A DNA stretch of 64,000 nucleotides from Gemmatimonadetes bacterium 13_2_20CM_2_65_7 (GCA_001915025.1 MNDR01000010.1:948-64947); one strand, 5' to 3'. Numbered from the stretch's first letter, positions 27,587-38,560 are shown. Program-made: numbers and translations. Notes: generated by a model from the sequence alone, not told the origin.

Positions 27587-30550
27587 ATGCGCCGGCTGCT
27601 ATGGCTCGCGTTCCTGCCCGCTGGACTCGCGGCGCAGCGGCCTTCTGTCGCGCCGGTGTTCGCGCGCGTCTGGCAACGCGCGCAGGACACAACCGTCTCC
27701 GTATGGCTGTTCGCGCGACCGGGCGTCTCCCTCCAGACGCTGAATGACCGAGCGAGCGCACTCGGCGCGCGCATCCGTGTCACGAGTCGCTGGCTCCACG
27801 CCATCAGCGCGGATGCGCCGACGTCGGCGCTGCGCGTGCTCGCACAAGATCGCGACCTGCGGCGCATACAACCGCTGGGCCGGTTTCGACTCCGCGCACC
27901 AATGCCAGGACGCCCTCTCCCTCCCATCGAGCTGGCGCCACCCATCGTCTTGGCGGCGGCCGCGCCTGGCGACACGTGCGGTGTGTCGCCGGGCGACGAT
28001 CCGGTCCTCGGCCCGTCGGAGATGCCGTATCGTCAGCTGCATCTCCGGCCACTCACCGATCGAGGCGTCGATGCGACCGGCGTGCGGATCCTGATCCTCG
28101 ACACCGGCTTCGATACCGCGAATCCCGCATTCAACGGCATCACGATCACCGCGCAACACGACTTCGTGTTCGGCGATTCCATCGTGCGTGATGAACCCGG
28201 CAAAGACGTGGCCGGTGCGCAATTCCACGGCACCGCGACGTGGTCACTCTTCGCCGGCGACGTCCCGGGCCGGCTTCGTGGCATCGCGCGTGGCGCGAGC
28301 TTCCTGCTCGCGAAGACGGAAGATGTCCGCAGCGAAACACGGGTCGAGGAGGACAATTACGTCGCGGCGCTCGAATGGGCGGACTCGATCGGCGTCGACA
28401 TCGCATCGTCGAGCCTCGCGTATCTCGTCTTCGACAACGGGTTCAGCTACACGCCGTCCCAGCTGAACGGCGACGTCGCCGTCACGACCGTCGCCGCCGA
28501 CATGGCGGCGCAGCGCGGCATCCTTGTCGTCACCGCCGCTGGCAATGAGGGGCCGGGCTTCCGGTCGATCTGGACCCCGGCCGATGGCGATTCGGTGCTC
28601 GCCATCGGCGCTGAGGACTCACTCGGCACCATCGCCTTCTTTTCCTCGCGCGGCCCGACCGCGGACGGACGTCTCAAACCCGATTTCACGGGCCCAGGCG
28701 TCGCGGTGTGTGTCGTGACCGACACGGGCCAGGTCCGCCGGCTCAACGGTACATCGTTCTCGACGCCGCTCATCGCCGCCGGCGCCGCGCTGGTGAAGCA
28801 GCTGCATCCTACGCTCGCACCCATGCGAATCCGCGATGCGTTCCGGAGCGTCGGGAACCACCGCGCAAGACCAGATTCCACGTACGGCTGGGGACGACCC
28901 GACATCACCGCGGCAGCAGCCTTCCCAAATGGTGTGATGCCGACCGCACCGCTGCCGAGCGCTGGTCCGCTCACATCGATCACGCCGACGTTTTCCTGGG
29001 ATGTGGGAACCGTCGACCCTGCGGTCGGACCGATCACGTATCACTTGCGAATCGCGCGCGACAGCGTGTTGGCGACGTCGCTCGTCGATACATCGCTGAC
29101 AATCGAGAACTATCTCCTGCGCAAACCGGTCAAGCCCGGTGCGCCGCTCTTCTGGCGGGTCGATGCGCACGCCGCCATCGGAGAGTCGGCGTCTAGCGGC
29201 AATGTCGGGCCGATCATCGTGCCCGCGTGGGCGACGCTGACCTCCCTCAGCAACCCAGCGGGCTCGGTCACTGACTCCGCGCAGCCCACGCTCACGTGGC
29301 ACTCGCCACAGGTCGTATCGCCACCAGGACCGTTGACGTTCGATCTCGCTGTGCAACGGGTTTCTGCGGGCACGTTCGACTTCGCAGCCGCGGGCCTGAC
29401 CGATACGGTCTTCCGGATACCGGAGCTGCTCGAGCGGAACACCGCCTACCGGTGGCAGCTCGTTGTTCACGCCGGAAGCGATACCAGTCTGGTCCGCAGC
29501 CAGGGGTCGTTTCTTATCGTGGACGGCGGAATGCCGACGTCGACGTTACTCTACCAGAACTTCCCGAACCCCTTCCCCACGGCGGGCCGCGATTCGACCT
29601 GTCTCTGGTTCGACGTCGCGACGACCAGCGTCGTATCGTTGGAAATCCTGGATCTTCGCGGCAATCCGGTGCGCCGCTTCATTCCAGGTCCCGATTTTCC
29701 GGCTATTCTTCCCGCCGGGCGATACGGCCGCGGCAGCACTGGCGGGACCGGCATTTGTGACCCGCACCTGATGTGGGATGGTCGTGCCGATGATGGGCAC
29801 CTGTTGCCGCCGGGCGTGTATCTCGCCAAGCTCAAGGCGCCCGGGGTGAGCCGCGGGGATCTGCGCGTGCTGCTCGACTGCGGCGCCGGCTCGCTCCACC
29901 GGCTGGCCGAGTTCGGACTGCCCTGGCATCAAGTGAGCCACGTCATCGTCTCGCACTTCCATCCGGACCATTGGGGCGAGCTGCCGATGCTCGTGTATGC
30001 GCTGAAGTACACGACGCAGCCGGCGCGCAAAGAGCCGCTCGTGATTCTCGGACCGCCAGGCGTGGTGCAGCTCCTGCGCACGCTGGCCGAGGGGTATGGC
30101 GAGTGGTTGCTCGATCCTGGTTTCCCAATCGGAATCCTCGACGTGCGGGACGGTGAGCCGTTCCCACTCAACGCCGACGTGAACCTCGAGACGTTCCCCG
30201 TCCCGCACACAACCGAGAGTGTGGCGATCTCGCTGACCGCGCCGGAGGGGCGTCTCGTCTATACCGGCGATACCGGTCCCAGCTCGGAGCTGGGCCGCTG
30301 GGCATCACGCTGCGACATCCTGCTCGCGGAGTGCTCGCTGCCGGAGTCGATGGCGATGGACATCCATCTGACCCCCGAGCGTGCCGGCGACCTCGCCAAA
30401 GAGGCCGAGGCAAAGCGTCTAGTCTTGACGCACTTCTATCCTCCGGTAGAAGATTCGAACCCGGCTCAACTCGCCGGAAAGCGCTTTAAGGGACCGGTCA
30501 CGGCCGCGAAGGACGGCGACCGGTTCACCATTGGAGACGGGAGACCGTAG
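27587..30550 (+). CDS. S8 subtilase (Fn3/FlgD-like tail) fused in-frame to an N-truncated RNase Z-like MBL hydrolase
   Basis: Signal peptide; triad ILDTG / HGT / [16 protein letters not shown]...[14 protein letters not shown]; then [26 protein letters not shown]. Confidence 0.85.
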   Translation: MRRLLWLAFLPAGLAAQRPSVAPVFARVWQRAQDTTVSVWLFARPGVSLQTLNDRASALGARIRVTSRWLHAISADAPTSALRVLAQDRDLRRIQPLGRFRLRAPMPGRPLPPIELAPPIVLAAAAPGDTCGVSPGDDPVLGPSEMPYRQLHLRPLTDRGVDATGVRILILDTGFDTANPAFNGITITAQHDFVFGDSIVRDEPGKDVAGAQFHGTATWSLFAGDVPGRLRGIARGASFLLAKTEDVRSETRVEEDNYVAALEWADSIGVDIASSSLAYLVFDNGFSYTPSQLNGDVAVTTVAADMAAQRGILVVTAAGNEGPGFRSIWTPADGDSVLAIGAEDSLGTIAFFSSRGPTADGRLKPDFTGPGVAVCVVTDTGQVRRLNGTSFSTPLIAAGAALVKQLHPTLAPMRIRDAFRSVGNHRARPDSTYGWGRPDITAAAAFPNGVMPTAPLPSAGPLTSITPTFSWDVGTVDPAVGPITYHLRIARDSVLATSLVDTSLTIENYLLRKPVKPGAPLFWRVDAHAAIGESASSGNVGPIIVPAWATLTSLSNPAGSVTDSAQPTLTWHSPQVVSPPGPLTFDLAVQRVSAGTFDFAAAGLTDTVFRIPELLERNTAYRWQLVVHAGSDTSLVRSQGSFLIVDGGMPTSTLLYQNFPNPFPTAGRDSTCLWFDVATTSVVSLEILDLRGNPVRRFIPGPDFPAILPAGRYGRGSTGGTGICDPHLMWDGRADDGHLLPPGVYLAKLKAPGVSRGDLRVLLDCGAGSLHRLAEFGLPWHQVSHVIVSHFHPDHWGELPMLVYALKYTTQPARKEPLVILGPPGVVQLLRTLAEGYGEWLLDPGFPIGILDVRDGEPFPLNADVNLETFPVPHTTESVAISLTAPEGRLVYTGDTGPSSELGRWASRCDILLAECSLPESMAMDIHLTPERAGDLAKEAEAKRLVLTHFYPPVEDSNPAQLAGKRFKGPVTAAKDGDRFTIGDGRP

Positions 30551-30552
30551 GT

Positions 30553-31593
30553 GTGCTGATCGTGATGCGGCACGGCGCAACGCGCGATGAAGTCGACAAA
30601 GTCGTCTCCGTCATACAGGAGATGGGCTATCAGGCGCGCCCCATGCCCGGCGTTCAGCGGATGGCGGTTGGTCTCGTCGGGAACGATGGCCGCGTCGATG
30701 CCTCGCGCCTCGAGGGGTTACCGGGGGTCCAGGAAGTCATTCATGTCACTAAGCCGTACAAGCAGGTGAGCCGGGAATGGAAGAACGAGCCGACCGTCGT
30801 GCGGCTGGCCGGCGGTGTTGCCGTTGGCGGCACGGAGGTCGTCGCGATCGCCGGCCCCTGCTCCGTCGAGAGTGAGCGCCAGATCGTCGAGGCAGCGCGA
30901 CAGGTCAAGGAAGCGGGCGCTGTCATTCTCAGAGGCGGCGCGTGGAAGCCCCGCAGCTCTCCCTATTCGTTTCAGGGACTCGGCAAACCGGGACTCCGTC
31001 TCCTCGCCAAGGCGCGTGAAGAAACCGGCTTGCTGGTCTGCACCGAAGCGATGGACGAGAACGGACTCGGCTGGGTCGCCGAGATGGCCGACATCGTGCA
31101 GATCGGCGCGCGGAACATGCAGAATTTTTCGCTGCTCAAACTCGCGGGTCGCTGCGGCAAGCCCGTGCTGCTCAAGCGCGGCATCAGCGCGACTGTCACG
31201 GAGCTCCTGCTCTCGGCCGAATACCTGCTTGCCGAAGGCAATCACGAAGTCATCCTGTGCGAGCGGGGCGTCCGCAGCTTCGATACGGCAACACGCAACC
31301 TCTTCGATCTCACCGTCATTCCGGTGGTACACAAGCTCTCGCATCTGCCGATCATCGCCGATCCGTCCCATGGCACGGGCTTGCGCGATAAGGTGATTCC
31401 GATGGCGCGCGCGGCGGTCGCGGCGGGCGCGGACGGCATCATCGTGGAAGTGCACCCGAATCCCGAAGAAGCGCTTTCCGACGGCGCGCAATCGCTGTAC
31501 CCCGACCAGTTCATGCAGCTGATGCGTGAGGTCCGAATTATCGCGGAGGCCATTGGCCGCCGCGTCGCCGAACCTGCTGCTGTAAGCGCATGA
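30553..31593 (+). CDS. aroF: DAHP synthase, type I-beta with N-terminal regulatory domain
   Basis: [60 protein letters not shown]. Confidence 0.95.
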   Translation: MLIVMRHGATRDEVDKVVSVIQEMGYQARPMPGVQRMAVGLVGNDGRVDASRLEGLPGVQEVIHVTKPYKQVSREWKNEPTVVRLAGGVAVGGTEVVAIAGPCSVESERQIVEAARQVKEAGAVILRGGAWKPRSSPYSFQGLGKPGLRLLAKAREETGLLVCTEAMDENGLGWVAEMADIVQIGARNMQNFSLLKLAGRCGKPVLLKRGISATVTELLLSAEYLLAEGNHEVILCERGVRSFDTATRNLFDLTVIPVVHKLSHLPIIADPSHGTGLRDKVIPMARAAVAAGADGIIVEVHPNPEEALSDGAQSLYPDQFMQLMREVRIIAEAIGRRVAEPAAVSA

Positions 31594-32213
31594 CACCCCT
31601 CGTCCTGTTGCTGCTGACGGTCCAGGATCCCGGACCGATCCTCGATCATGCGAGCCAGGCTTACGACAGCGTTCGCACCCTCTCGGCGGACTTCGTCCAG
31701 GTCGTCGACAATCCCATGATCGGAGACCCGGATACGACGCGCGGCCGGTTGTATCAGCGGCGCCCCGGCTACTTCGCCATGCGATTCACGGAGCCGAGGG
31801 ACGACCGGATCGTGGCCGACGGGCGGCATCTCTGGCTGTACACGCCAAGCACGACGCCTGGTCAGGTGATTCGCTCGGCGATTCCGGGAACGGGAACGAC
31901 GGGGCCCAATCTGATCGGACAATTCGTCGAGCATCCGCGCGAACGCTACGACGCCCGCTATGTCCGCGCCGACTCGATCTCCGACGGCCTCATCGATGTC
32001 ATCACGCTGACACCGCGCTCTAAAGACTTGGGGTATTCAGCAGCCACGGTGTGGATTGCCAGGAAGGACGGACTGGTCCGGCGCATCGATATCGTGGAGA
32101 CGTCGGGTCAACGCCGCACGATCATCCTGCGTAATCTCGCGATCAACCAGGCCGTGCCCGCCCGCGAGTTCCGCTTTTCACCGCCGGCCGGATCACGGGT
32201 GGTAGATCAGTAG
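31590..32213 (+). CDS. lolA: Outer-membrane lipoprotein carrier LolA family
   Basis: [27 protein letters not shown]...QV, C-terminal F.F.PP.G. Confidence 0.85.
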   Translation: MTPLVLLLLTVQDPGPILDHASQAYDSVRTLSADFVQVVDNPMIGDPDTTRGRLYQRRPGYFAMRFTEPRDDRIVADGRHLWLYTPSTTPGQVIRSAIPGTGTTGPNLIGQFVEHPRERYDARYVRADSISDGLIDVITLTPRSKDLGYSAATVWIARKDGLVRRIDIVETSGQRRTIILRNLAINQAVPAREFRFSPPAGSRVVDQ

Positions 32214-33078
32214 TCAGCGCCGCAGCGACTTTTTCCGCCAGCTTCTCACTCATTCCTTGTTTCTGCGCCAGCTCGAGCGCCGCACGCCCGAGCGCGCGAT
32301 AGAGCTTGGCGTCATCGACAGCCAGTGATTCGATGTGCCGAATGATCGTGGCCGAATCGCCGCGCACCACTGGTCCCGTCAACGCCTCGCGCGGCTCGTG
32401 CCGACTAAGATTCTCGAGTGTCCCTTCCACCAGCGGGCGGAGCGCTGCCCACGCGTCCGCATCGGACAACCCGGCGTGCCGCAGTAGCCGCTGGGCCACT
32501 GCCTCCACGACGACTAAATAGTTCGACGCGAAGACCGCGCCGGCGTGGTAAATGGCTTTCGCTTTGGTGGCTATTCGGAACGGCCGCATGCCGAGATCGC
32601 GCGCGATCTGCTCGCCGGCTTCCACCGCGCGCGGCATTCCCTCGACCGCCGCCCACGCGCCTTTGAGGCGATCGGGCGCGAGCTCCGGCTCTACGATCGT
32701 TTGCAGCGGATGCAAGGAACCCAGACCAGCGCGGCTCGAAACGAGCGGGCCCAGCGCTTCCTGACCCTGGACGCCGGAGAGGTGAAGCACGACATGGCGC
32801 TCGGTGATGACGCGCGCCTTGGCGAGTGACGTCGCAAGCGGAGTGATAGCGTCGTCGCGGACCGCGAGAATGACGACGTCGGCTTCCGCGATCCATGGCG
32901 GCGGCTTGTCGCCGTCCCCCCCGGCCCCGACGGTCAAAGTCAGTGGCGCGGGTAGGTTTTTCTTTTTTCGCCCATGGAGGCTGACGGCGTAGCCGGCTCG
33001 AGCCAGCGCGAGCGCCAGTCCGACGCCCGCGCGACCGGGCCCGATGAGCCCGATCGCGCGGGAGGACTGTACGGTTAC
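32143..33078 (-). CDS. Rossmann-like + DUF2520 oxidoreductase (probable GTA start)
   Basis: IGLIGPGRAG dinucleotide motif upstream of the ORF-track start; LAVRDDAI, HLSG, SLHPLQT, YHAGAVFASN, ALTGPVVRGD. Confidence 0.85.
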   Translation of the reverse strand, partial: VTVQSSRAIGLIGPGRAGVGLALALARAGYAVSLHGRKKKNLPAPLTLTVGAGGDGDKPPPWIAEADVVILAVRDDAITPLATSLAKARVITERHVVLHLSGVQGQEALGPLVSSRAGLGSLHPLQTIVEPELAPDRLKGAWAAVEGMPRAVEAGEQIARDLGMRPFRIATKAKAIYHAGAVFASNYLVVVEAVAQRLLRHAGLSDADAWAALRPLVEGTLENLSRHEPREALTGPVVRGDSATIIRHIESLAVDDAKLYRALGRAALELAQKQGMSEKLAEKVAAALTTDLPPVIRPAVKSGTRGRARPG

Positions 33079-34703
33079 CGATTGCGGACGGTCGATGGAG
33101 TCGCCGGGTTCACGAGGGCCAGCAAATCCTGCGGCGATTTCGCCCGGTCGGCAAGCGACAGCGCACGCTTCACCTGCTCGTCGTCGGCTATGCGGCGGCG
33201 GAATTCCACGGACCGGCCGAACACGTACCGTGCCGCCTCATAGCCAAACTCCTGACTGATCAGCGTGCGGGCGCCGGCGATAACGGAATCGGGTAACTCC
33301 GCACCCTTCGCCCGCACCCGCCTCACGACTTCGTCGATCATCCCGGTCGTCACCGTGAAATTCGGCGACGGCAGCCGGTTGCCTTCCTTCAGCTCGAGCG
33401 CGTAGGCGGCAAGCGCGTCGCGATACAACGGAATCTTGTCTCCGAGCGCCTTGACGAATGCGCGCTCGCCCGTCGTGAAGGTATCGGCGAGCACATAGAC
33501 GTCCGGCCGAATGCCGCCACCGCCGTAGACCGGGCGGCCCGCGTCGGTGTGGAACAGCAGCGTCGAGTCAGGCTTTGTGTCCTGACCGCGCTGCGCCGCA
33601 ATGACCTGCGCCTCCTGTTCGGCCTCGCTCTTGGTCACCCGCTGAATCGTGCGGCCGCTGGGCGTGTACCAGCGCGCGGTCGTCAGCTTGAGCCCGGTCT
33701 CGGGCGTCAGCCGCCAAAACGATTGCACGAGACCCTTGCCGAACGTCGGTGTCCCGACAACCAACGCGCGGTCGTGATCCTGGAGCGCGCCGGAGATGAT
33801 TTCGGCGGCGCTCGCGGTTCCGCCGTTCACGATGACGACGATCGGCAGATGCGGCCACGGCTGCGGATTCTTGTCACGGAACTCGTGCGACGAACCGGGC
33901 GCCCGCCCGCGCGTCTCGACGATTTCCTTGTCAGGGTCGAGAAAGAGATCAGAGACGGCGACACCCTGATCGAGCAAGCCACCGGGATTCCCACGCAAAT
34001 CGAAGATCAGCGACTTCATGCCCTGCTTCAGCAACGTATCGATCGCTTGGCTCACTTCGCGCGCGGAGCTCTCGCTCACCGGCGACAGCGCGATGTAGCC
34101 GACGCGGTTGTCCAGCATCATCGTGATCCGCGGATCGACCGACCGGATATGAATCGTGGCGCGCGTCACCTTGAATTTGATCGCCTGATCGACGCCCGCT
34201 CGGCGGATCGTCAGCTCCGCCGTCGTCGACACCGGCCCGCGCAGCTCTTTGACCGCCTGATCCTGTTTCCAACCTTCCGTCGAACGCCCGTCCAGCTGGA
34301 TGATGCGATCGCCCGTTTGAATGCCGGCACGCTCGGCCGGTGTATCCGGCAGCGGCGCGACGACGGTGATCCATCCGTCGCGCACGTCGATCTGGATGCC
34401 CAGCCCGGAGTAGTTGCCGGTCGTCGCCTCCGAGAGCTGCCGGAAATCGTCCGGCTTGAGGAAGACGGAATACGGATCGCCCAACTTGTCCAGCATGCCG
34501 TCGATCGCCATCTGATAGAGCTGCTTCTCGTCCAGCGAATCGACGTAGTAGTCGGCGACGTGTGCCAGCACGTCGTCGAACAAGCGTGCCTGCTGGTAGA
34601 CCGATCCCGCTGGTTCCGTTTCGCGCTGCAGGAACCAGCCACCGCTGACTAACGCAGCAAGGAAGACGGCGGCAACCACGAACCCTTTATGACGAATCAT
34701 CAT
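33075..34703 (-). CDS. S41 family C-terminal processing protease (CtpA/Prc-like)
   Basis: DPYS, PDZ domain (GLGIQI...PAERAGI..GD), DLRGNPGG, TASAAEI, TFGKG.VQ, YTPSGR.IQ. Confidence 0.95.
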   Translation of the reverse strand: MMIRHKGFVVAAVFLAALVSGGWFLQRETEPAGSVYQQARLFDDVLAHVADYYVDSLDEKQLYQMAIDGMLDKLGDPYSVFLKPDDFRQLSEATTGNYSGLGIQIDVRDGWITVVAPLPDTPAERAGIQTGDRIIQLDGRSTEGWKQDQAVKELRGPVSTTAELTIRRAGVDQAIKFKVTRATIHIRSVDPRITMMLDNRVGYIALSPVSESSAREVSQAIDTLLKQGMKSLIFDLRGNPGGLLDQGVAVSDLFLDPDKEIVETRGRAPGSSHEFRDKNPQPWPHLPIVVIVNGGTASAAEIISGALQDHDRALVVGTPTFGKGLVQSFWRLTPETGLKLTTARWYTPSGRTIQRVTKSEAEQEAQVIAAQRGQDTKPDSTLLFHTDAGRPVYGGGGIRPDVYVLADTFTTGERAFVKALGDKIPLYRDALAAYALELKEGNRLPSPNFTVTTGMIDEVVRRVRAKGAELPDSVIAGARTLISQEFGYEAARYVFGRSVEFRRRIADDEQVKRALSLADRAKSPQDLLALVNPATPSTVRNR

Positions 34704-35329
34704 ACGCCTCTCAGTGATAGAGCCCGCCCCGTCGTCGCGGCGACCGCGCGCCAGGCGGTGTCCTGGACGGCCTTCTTTGACTGACTTGCATCAATATGGA
34801 TAATCCCGGGTCCAGATGCGCTACGATATGCCTCACGGACCCGTGTGTGAAACGCGTCATCCTCACGCTCGATGCGGTCCTTGACCTTGCCGGCCACCTG
34901 CTGGCGCTGGCGCCCTACCGCTACAGGGATGTCCAGCACGATCGTCAGGTCGGGCGTCAGTCCACCCGTCGCGATTCGTAAGGCCGCCTCCACATCCGCC
35001 TGCGGCAACCCGCGTCCGGCGACCTGATAGGCAATCGTGGAGAGCCCGAAGCGATCCGCGATGACGATCTGACCGTCGGCCAAGGCCGGCCGGATCACGC
35101 GTTCCACGAGATCGGCGCGCGCCGCGAGGAAGAGAAACAGCTCGGCGGCGAACGCCCGATCATGCCGCGATTTCAAGGCCAGTTTCCTGGCGGCCTCTGC
35201 AATCGGGGTACCGCCGGGCTCCCGCACCGTCAGCACCTCGCGCCCTGCGGCACGCAACGTCGTGCCGAGCCACCGCACCAGCGTCGATTTGCCGGCGCCT
35301 TCCGGCCCCTCCACCACGACAAATGTCAT
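34700..35329 (-). CDS. tmk: Thymidylate kinase
   Basis: FVVVEGPEGAGKST, REPGGT, DRF..STIAYQ..GRG, PDLT. Confidence 0.96.
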   Translation of the reverse strand: MTFVVVEGPEGAGKSTLVRWLGTTLRAAGREVLTVREPGGTPIAEAARKLALKSRHDRAFAAELFLFLAARADLVERVIRPALADGQIVIADRFGLSTIAYQVAGRGLPQADVEAALRIATGGLTPDLTIVLDIPVAVGRQRQQVAGKVKDRIEREDDAFHTRVREAYRSASGPGIIHIDASQSKKAVQDTAWRAVAATTGRALSLRGV

Positions 35330-35679
35330 CCGAGCGTGATGATCGGGCTCGCGGCGCCCTTCTTGATGCCCTCGTAGATACGGGCATTGATCTTGGCCAT
35401 CAGCTTCTCGAAGTTCGTTTGCGCCACGACCATCTGCTGATACATCGGATTTATCTGCACGCTTTGCAGCGCGGTGTCGTACTGCTCCACCTGTTCCTTC
35501 GTCGGTTCTTTGCCCTGCTGGGCGACCCGTTCGATCTCCTGCGCCAGTCGTTCGGCCTCGGCGAGGACCTTTTGGACCGCGTGATCCTCTCGCAACGCTT
35601 CCGTCGCACGCCGTAACGCCTTGTACTCGTCCGTCTGGCCGAGCACCCGACCGAGGTCCTCCGCCTTCTCTTCGAGCAC
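35326..35679 (-). CDS. YlbF/YmcA-like helical regulator
   Basis: EKAEDLG..L..T.EY..L motif, all-helical, ~117 aa; AGGAGG SD before GTG 35679. Confidence 0.75.
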   Translation of the reverse strand: MLEEKAEDLGRVLGQTDEYKALRRATEALREDHAVQKVLAEAERLAQEIERVAQQGKEPTKEQVEQYDTALQSVQINPMYQQMVVAQTNFEKLMAKINARIYEGIKKGAASPIITLG

Positions 35680-36491
35680 TAGTCCTCCTTTAATGCCAGC
35701 GCGTACCGCGGGCAACCGAACAAGTCAGCGTGAATTGCGACGTCATTCCATCCGTAATGGTGAGCTAGCGCGCGAATCGCGTCGGGGCGCCGCTCGTCGA
35801 TCTCGATCGCCAGCAAGCCGTGCGGCTCGAGCAGATCCGCCGCACCCGCGAACAGCGCGCGCGTCGCGGCCAGGCCGTCGGGCCCGCTCACCAGCGCGTC
35901 GGCCGGCTCGAAATCGCGAACCGACGGATCGAGCGCCTCGTACTCGACTGCGGTGAGATACGGTGGATTCGAGACGATGACGCGATAACGCTCCCCCCGG
36001 TCCCCTTTGTCCACCAGCGGAGCGAGCAGGTTCCCCATGCGTATTTCGACGGGAGTCGCCGGCGCAACTCGGAGCACGTTCTCGCGCGCGAGTGCCGCAG
36101 CGGCCGGCGATTGTTCGACGGCGATGACTCTCGCGAACGGCCCTTCCACAGCTAACGAAAGCGCGATGCAGCCCGATCCAGTTCCGATGTCGGCCGCGAG
36201 GCCACGTTTCCCGTCTCCCGTTTCTCGTTTCTCGATTTCTCGAAGCACGAGCTCGACGAGCCCCTCAGTCTCAGGGCGCGGGATCAGCGCTCGCGCATCG
36301 ATCGCGAGATCGAGCGTGCGGAACGGAACACGTCCGACGGCGTACGCGAACGGACCGCCCTTCGCCAATCGCTCCGCGGCAGCCTGGAATCTTGCGACCG
36401 CCTCCGGCGACTTGGCCTCGTGGCGCCGGAGCCATGCATCTCCAACCGTCGTGCCGAGGGTCGCTGCCCAGAGCGCCGTCTCGTTAGGCAC
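35679..36491 (-). CDS. prmC: Release-factor glutamine methyltransferase HemK
   Basis: LIPRPETE, DIGTGSGCIA, SNPPY; follows prfA. Confidence 0.95.
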   Translation of the reverse strand: MPNETALWAATLGTTVGDAWLRRHEAKSPEAVARFQAAAERLAKGGPFAYAVGRVPFRTLDLAIDARALIPRPETEGLVELVLREIEKRETGDGKRGLAADIGTGSGCIALSLAVEGPFARVIAVEQSPAAAALARENVLRVAPATPVEIRMGNLLAPLVDKGDRGERYRVIVSNPPYLTAVEYEALDPSVRDFEPADALVSGPDGLAATRALFAGAADLLEPHGLLAIEIDERRPDAIRALAHHYGWNDVAIHADLFGCPRYALALKED

Positions 36492-37542
36492 TCATGCGCT
36501 CCTTTTCCTGCGCCTGCTTCAGTGCGGAGATCAAGTCGTCGAGTTTGCCGTCCATCACTTCATCGATGTTGTGCGTGGTGAAGTGAATGCGGTGATCGGT
36601 GACGCGATTTTGCGGGAAGTTGTAGGTGCGCACCTTCTGCGAGCGATCACCGGTCCCGACCTGCGCCCGCCGTTCCTTCGCGCGCGCAGCCTCCTGCTCG
36701 GCGACCATGCGGTCCAGCAGCCGCGAACGCAGGATCTCGAGGGCCTTGACCTTGTTCTGCAGCTGCGACTTTTGATCCTGACACTTCACCTCGAGCCCGG
36801 TCGGCAGATGCGTCACCCGAACCGCGCTGTCTGTCGTGTTGACGCTCTGGCCACCTGGACCGCCGGACCGGAAGACGTCGATGCGCAGATCTTTGTCTTC
36901 GATCTTCATGTCGACTTCTTCCGCCTCAGGAAGGACGGCGACCGTCGCCGCCGAGGTGTGAATGCGGCCCTGTTGCTCGGTGACGGGTACGCGTTGCACC
37001 CGATGCACGCCGGATTCGTAGCGCAGGATTCCGTACGCCTTGGGACCGCGCGCGGCGAAGACGGCTTCCTTGAGCCCACCGAGCGTGCCGGGGGAAAGCG
37101 AGAGGATCTCGACTTTCCAGCCGCGACGCTCGCAGAAGCGCGTGTACATCCGGAAGAGGTCTGCCGCGAACAGCGCCGCTTCATCGCCGCCGGTCCCCGC
37201 CCGGATTTCCACGATCGCGTCGCGATCGTCGAACGGATCGGCGGGACTGAGCAGCTCAGCAAGCGCAGCTTCGAGCCGCTGCAGCTCCGGACGGAGCCGC
37301 TCGACGTCGGCGCGAGCGAGCTGGGAGAGTTCGGGATCTTTGTCGGCGAGGACCTCACGCGCCTGCTCGAGCTCGGATTCGAGGCGCTGCATGCGCTGAT
37401 GTGTCTGGCGAATGGCGTCGAGCTGGGCGTGTTCGCGACCGAGCTGTTTGAGTCTGGCCGGGCTCCGCGCGGTCTCGGGGTCGGCCAGTTGCCGGGCGAC
37501 CTCCTCCGCCCGCGCGAGCGCTTGGCGGAGTCGGGTCTCCAC
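36484..37542 (-). CDS. prfA: Peptide chain release factor 1
   Basis: EIRAGTGGDEA, GVHRVQRVPVTE (PxT), GGQ, RTYNFPQNR. Confidence 0.98.
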   Translation of the reverse strand: METRLRQALARAEEVARQLADPETARSPARLKQLGREHAQLDAIRQTHQRMQRLESELEQAREVLADKDPELSQLARADVERLRPELQRLEAALAELLSPADPFDDRDAIVEIRAGTGGDEAALFAADLFRMYTRFCERRGWKVEILSLSPGTLGGLKEAVFAARGPKAYGILRYESGVHRVQRVPVTEQQGRIHTSAATVAVLPEAEEVDMKIEDKDLRIDVFRSGGPGGQSVNTTDSAVRVTHLPTGLEVKCQDQKSQLQNKVKALEILRSRLLDRMVAEQEAARAKERRAQVGTGDRSQKVRTYNFPQNRVTDHRIHFTTHNIDEVMDGKLDDLISALKQAQEKERMSA

Positions 37543-37546
37543 GGAA

Positions 37547-37753
37547 TCAGCTCGCTTTGGTTCCGTACTTCTGGCGGAACCGCTCCACGCGGCCGGCCGT
37601 GTCGAGCAGCTTCTGTTTGCCCGTGAAAAAGGGGTGACAGCTGGCGCAGATTTCGACGTGGATCACGGGCGTGGTCGAGCGCGTGACGAAGGAATTGCCG
37701 CACGCGCACTGGACTGTCGCCCGCTGATATTTTGGATGAATCCCGGATTTCAC
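37547..37753 (-). CDS. rpmE: 50S ribosomal protein L31 (zinc-binding form)
   Basis: [35 protein letters not shown] at 37753. Confidence 0.97.
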   Translation of the reverse strand: MKSGIHPKYQRATVQCACGNSFVTRSTTPVIHVEICASCHPFFTGKQKLLDTAGRVERFRQKYGTKAS

Positions 37754-37796
37754 TGCACACATCCTTGCTTGATTGTCGATGGCAACGAAGGGTGGA

Positions 37797-37826
37797 AATA
37801 TAGCTGGCACAGTAACTTGGAAGCAA
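37797..37826 (-). promoter_or_regulatory. Putative sigma70 promoter of the rpmE operon
   Basis: Minus strand TTGCTT-18 nt-TATATT in an AT-rich intergenic region. Confidence 0.5.
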
Positions 37827-37846
37827 GGTTCGCCCTTTTTATTCAA

Positions 37847-37875
37847 TTGACACCGCGCGGGACACATCGTAAGCT
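37847..37875 (+). promoter_or_regulatory. Sigma70 promoter of the Crp-family gene (likely leaderless)
   Basis: TTGACA-17 nt-TAAGCT; the GTG start follows after a 7-nt gap. Confidence 0.7.
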
Positions 37876-37882
37876 CTTCCGC

Positions 37883-38560
37883 GTGTCAGCCACAGACGTG
37901 CTTCAGAAAGTCCCACTCTTCAGTCAACTTTCCCCCCCTGACCTCCAGCGGGTCGTGGAAGTGGCTCGCGATCGCGCGTACCCCAAGAACTCCGTCATCC
38001 TGTTCGAAGACGATCCAGGCGATGCGCTGTACGTCGTCGCCAAGGGTCAGGTAAAGGTCGTCCTGATCGGCGAAGATGGACGGGAAGTAATTCTCTCCGT
38101 GCTCGGCGAGGGCGAATTCTTCGGCGAAATGGCGCTGATCGACGATGAGCCGCGCTCCGCGCACGTCATCGCCATGGAGGACTCGACGCTGTACGTGCTG
38201 CGCCGCGAGGATTTTCAGGGCATCCTGGAGCATTCGCCCGGCATTGGGCTCGCGCTGTTGCGCGAGCTGTCGCGCCGGCTGCGTCGCGTCGACGAAAAAG
38301 TCGGCAGCCTCGTGCTGCTCGACGTGCACGGGCGAGTCGCGCAGCTGCTCCTCGACCTCGCCGACGAAACCGACGGCCAGCGCATCACGCGCCGGCTGAC
38401 CCATCACACCATCGCTCAGATGATTGGCTCATCGCGCGAAACCGTGTCGCGCACGATGCGCGAGCTCGTCGACAAAGGGATGATCGACGTGAGCCGCAAG
38501 GACATCGTGATTCGCGATCGCGGCGCGCTGGAGCAGGCGGCAGGACGCGGCGGCTCGTGA
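37883..38560 (+). CDS. Crp/Fnr family transcriptional regulator
   Basis: cNMP-binding domain (FFGEMAL...PRSA) and HTH ([19 protein letters not shown]). Confidence 0.95.
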   Translation: MSATDVLQKVPLFSQLSPPDLQRVVEVARDRAYPKNSVILFEDDPGDALYVVAKGQVKVVLIGEDGREVILSVLGEGEFFGEMALIDDEPRSAHVIAMEDSTLYVLRREDFQGILEHSPGIGLALLRELSRRLRRVDEKVGSLVLLDVHGRVAQLLLDLADETDGQRITRRLTHHTIAQMIGSSRETVSRTMRELVDKGMIDVSRKDIVIRDRGALEQAAGRGGS

